A stretch of 64,000 nt of DNA. Source: Oopsacas minuta (taxonomy: Eukaryota > Animalia > Porifera). Location: positions 1-64,000 of the forward strand of contig JAKMXF010000350.1 in NCBI GenBank assembly GCA_024704765.1, given 5' to 3'. Positions 60,984-64,000 of this stretch are shown in pieces; within the stretch, counting starts at the first letter, position 1; each line of letters opens with the position of its first letter. The position numbers and the translations under genes are program-made. The notes below the pieces were generated by a model, which was given only the letters and a program-made list of their open reading frames with translations, was not told where the DNA came from and made no database searches.

Positions 60984-62024
60984 CAGTGGTGTCCTGCTGT
61001 GGGAGCGGGTGGGAGCGCCGCTCCCATACTTTTTTAACAAATCAAATTGGCAAGTAACAATTAATTCAGAAGTTACTGAATTTATGTACCTGATATCTAT
61101 AGTAGCATGCAATCAATATTTGAAATCAATTGAAATTTGTTCCAAATATAATTTAGTCGAGTTGGAGAGCAAATGTTTACTTTATAGCGCCATGCAGGCT
61201 TGGACCGGGTCACTATTTTCAATGAATTTTGGGGTCTGAACCGGGTCACTGATTTTGACTTGACCTGGTTTAATCTTATAGATAATTTAATTATATCGGT
61301 TTGTAAAATCATAAAGATTCAGTCAATATTAGTTGGACGTTTCATTTTCATGAATCATTAGTATTTTTACCAAACTTATTTGGTATCACTACTATTGTAT
61401 ACTTATATACATATATGCTCTTATGTACGTATAGATATGTAATATAGAAAATTAATGTTTTGAAAAACCGGGTCACCGGGTCAGAGGTTTCAACCTGGTC
61501 TACCGGGTCAGGAAATCATGACCCGGTCCAAGCCTGGCGCCATGAATATATCGTAGAAGTTATTCCATGCGATTCATCTAAATGCGAAAGGGGGTTCAGT
61601 TAAATGAATATCATATTGGATGAGAACGAAACCGGCTTACAATAGAACACGTTTCTTCTTTGCTGTTTATCCAGCTTAATGATCCACCACTGACTATTTG
61701 GAGACCATTGGAATGTTCTAAATCTTGGCTCTTGCACCATAATTCAGCAACAGATATCCATGGCTTGAAATCCAAAATTTCTGAGCCCCATAAACAAGAA
61801 GAAATTTGGAAGTATTATTAGTTAAATAATTTTAGGTACTCAATTACTTGTTAGAACTCTATTTTCAGATTTACTACTAAACCTTTGATATTATTCATAC
61901 TTATCTTATTAATTCAATTACAGGTATATTGTTTGAATTTTGTATTAGAAATTAGGATATATTCAATTGAATTTGAAATTTGAAATACCGCTCCCATACT
62001 TATAATTAGAGCAGGGCATCTCTG
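60984..62024 (+). mobile_element. hAT transposon deletion derivative with transposase C-terminal (dimerisation) remnant
   Basis: Perfect 8-bp TSD GCCAACGG (60976-60983, 62025-62032); TIR CAGTGGTGTCCTGCT / AGCAGGGCATCTCTG; ~61557-61830 reads VIPCDSSKCERGFS*MNII..RNRLTIEHVSSLLFIQLNDPPL..W.P....KSWL. Confidence 0.9.
61195..61536. mobile_element. hAT MITE nested inside the 60984-62024 element
   Basis: Perfect 18-bp TIR CAGGCTTGGACCGGGTCA / TGACCCGGTCCAAGCCTG; perfect TSD GCGCCATG; internal ACCGGGTCA repeats. Confidence 0.95.
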
Positions 62025-62875
62025 GCCAACGGGGCATGCCCTGGGGCACGAGATTTTGCCAGGGGGGGCTTTGCCCTCTACGCCCCCCGTGGCATCATAA
62101 CCGATTTACATTTCGTTTCATGCACATTACAGAATCACAATAATGAACTTTGTTATATTTCCCTATTAACTAATATTCAAAGAAATAGAATAGTCAAAGT
62201 TCAGCTAATTCGTATATTTTTGTTAATATAAACTGACTATGGATAGACAACTAGAATTGATTCACTATGTTATATTCATGGTTCTGATCGATGAGTTCAG
62301 ATCGTTTACGCATTATATAGTATATTAGATGAATAATGGGCGATACCATATCCCACCGACAAAACTACCAAACCAGCCAACTAATTAGCGCCAGCTAATC
62401 CGGTGTATTAAACAGGTGCGGGGGTAATAATTATTAAACATTAAAGTGGCTTAACTCCCTCATATACAGGAAGATTTTCCGACTGTCCTGTTTGTGAGAC
62501 AATCAGTTTTACGGATTTAAAATGAATGTTTTTTCCGGTCGAAACGTTCCAATAAGCAGAGTCCTCCCACTTTTCATTAACCAGATTAGCCAATATACAC
62601 CTACCATTCTCTACTAAGTCTACTGTAGCTGTATATTCGCTCTAGTTGTTATGCGTATTTAGGAAATTATCTTATTAACAATTCAATAAACATCCTTAAA
62701 TTAAATAATCAAACATTTCAAAATGTATTCAATTGTATGCAGCCCTTTTGTGTTAAATAATCTATGAAATAGAATGTGTAACTGCTCTTTATACATAAAT
62801 TTAGTTAATTCCATCTGTGAATTCAGTCATCTCTACAGCCCAGCAGAGTGTGTTATAAAATTTTCCTAAATGACA

Positions 62876-63421
62876 CTATGGCGCGCGTCTCTTAGTCTGT
62901 GTGGCGATCCACTCTAGACCGTTGTATAACCCCTCCCCCGTGAGAGCGCAGCAGCTCTGAATGTGCCATATACGGTCCTTGAGAGAGGTGAGGTTGAGAT
63001 ACTTTGATATTTCTGTAGCACTCATAGCATCAGAGAGATCCTGTTTGTTAGCGAATACAAGAAGTCTAGCTTTCTTCAGTTCTTCATTCTGTATCATGCT
63101 GTGTAGTTCTTCCTTCGTTACAGGCAGTCTCTCCCTGTCTGTGCTGTCCACTACCAGAATTATTATTTCAGCATTAGAGTAGTATGATCCCCACGAGGAC
63201 CGGATAGCATCCTGTCCCCCGATATCCCACATTATGAATTTAGTATTATTCCATAGAATCTCCTCTACATTGCTGCCTATTGTGGGAGATGTGTGTACTA
63301 CTTCATTTGTGAGGAATTGGTATAAGATGGTTGTCTTTCCAGCATTATCTAGTCCCACTATAATAACTTTATGATTCTCATTACCGAATAGACTCCAAAG
63401 CTTGCTCCATAACAATCCCAT
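62876..63421 (-). CDS. ARL5: ADP-ribosylation factor-like GTPase 5
   Basis: MGLLWSKLW (myristoylation Gly2), [45 protein letters not shown]; true ATG at 63421. Confidence 0.93.
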   Translation of the reverse strand: MGLLWSKLWSLFGNENHKVIIVGLDNAGKTTILYQFLTNEVVHTSPTIGSNVEEILWNNTKFIMWDIGGQDAIRSSWGSYYSNAEIIILVVDSTDRERLPVTKEELHSMIQNEELKKARLLVFANKQDLSDAMSATEISKYLNLTSLKDRIWHIQSCCALTGEGLYNGLEWIATQTKRRAP

Positions 63422-64000
63422 ATCTTGAATATCTATTGTGTTACTATGATTAATAAACAAATAAATAATTAATACAAACGATGATACCATACCTAGTGTT
63501 AAAATTGTTGCAATACGTATTATAACAGATACAAAACCAAGTAATACGAATAAATAAATCTATGAGATTGTCATCAAGTTATATTTAATTTATAATCCTA
63601 ATTACAGACACAACACTAGCCTCATTATATATTTACAATAAATATTATGTATTCTATATTATACAAATGTCTAAATTCAAATTGTGATCAAGAAAGTTTG
63701 AATAGAAGTTATAGAGATAATTCTTAAATAAGTGATAATTCTGCATGTAACCTGCAGCACCACAGGGTTGAGCACAGGGGCGGTCCCAGGATTTTGCATA
63801 GACCGAGGTAAGGCCGAAGCAAAGATTTCAAACCCGGAGAAAAATCTTATTATATAATGGGCAGTGGTGGCCTGAGGATCTGGTAAAACCGGGGCAAATC
63901 TCTCTCATACAGGGACATAACTAAACCCGCATTAACTGGTGCGACAGCAAAGAAGCGGGATTAGCTATATTAGTACGGTAATATAAGTAGTGTATGAAAA

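Noticed and set aside
1739-63182. Most 60-130-aa ORFs in the track (e.g. 1905-2258, 11963-12280, 23555-23953, 40311-40688, 44953-45252, 62961-63182)
   Set aside because: Antisense or alternate-frame shadows of real genes, or spans of MITEs, with no recognisable motifs.
62876-63490. N-terminal hydrophobic extension ([12 protein letters not shown]...) on ARL5
   Set aside because: ARL proteins need Gly2 myristoylation; the ATG at 63421 gives the canonical MG start, so the upstream in-frame ATG is probably incidental.

Overview
AT-rich eukaryotic (animal) genomic DNA with mostly intronless genes, GT-AG introns and dense small DNA transposons. The expanded coiled-coil/NHL and TRIM-like genes suggest a glass-sponge-like genome (inference only). 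Recognisable genes: two R-S-E type ADP-ribosyltransferase-fold genes, several NHL/beta-propeller genes (one a TE-disrupted pseudogene), a mitochondrial-clan-like cytochrome P450, a GT10 fucosyltransferase, a PAQR/AdipoR protein, a PPT2-like thioesterase, a spliced harmonin/whirlin-like HHD-PDZ-PDZ gene, a PH-PH-FH1-FH2-PH formin, a DUSP with an N-terminal C3H motif, an ENT4-like transporter, two tandem 2-exon RING/B-box/coiled-coil/propeller TRIM-like paralogues, and ARL5. Three genes in the first 9.4 kb are broken only by single-base deletions, mostly in short homopolymers (probably consensus errors). No rRNA or CRISPR was seen. Best leads: the cytosolic toxin-like ART pair among NHL genes, TRIM paralogues that differ almost only in a few hypervariable patches (one a GQYPGMQ repeat), the formin apparently nested in a same-strand intron, and an intronic tRNA-Ile(GAU)-like cloverleaf.
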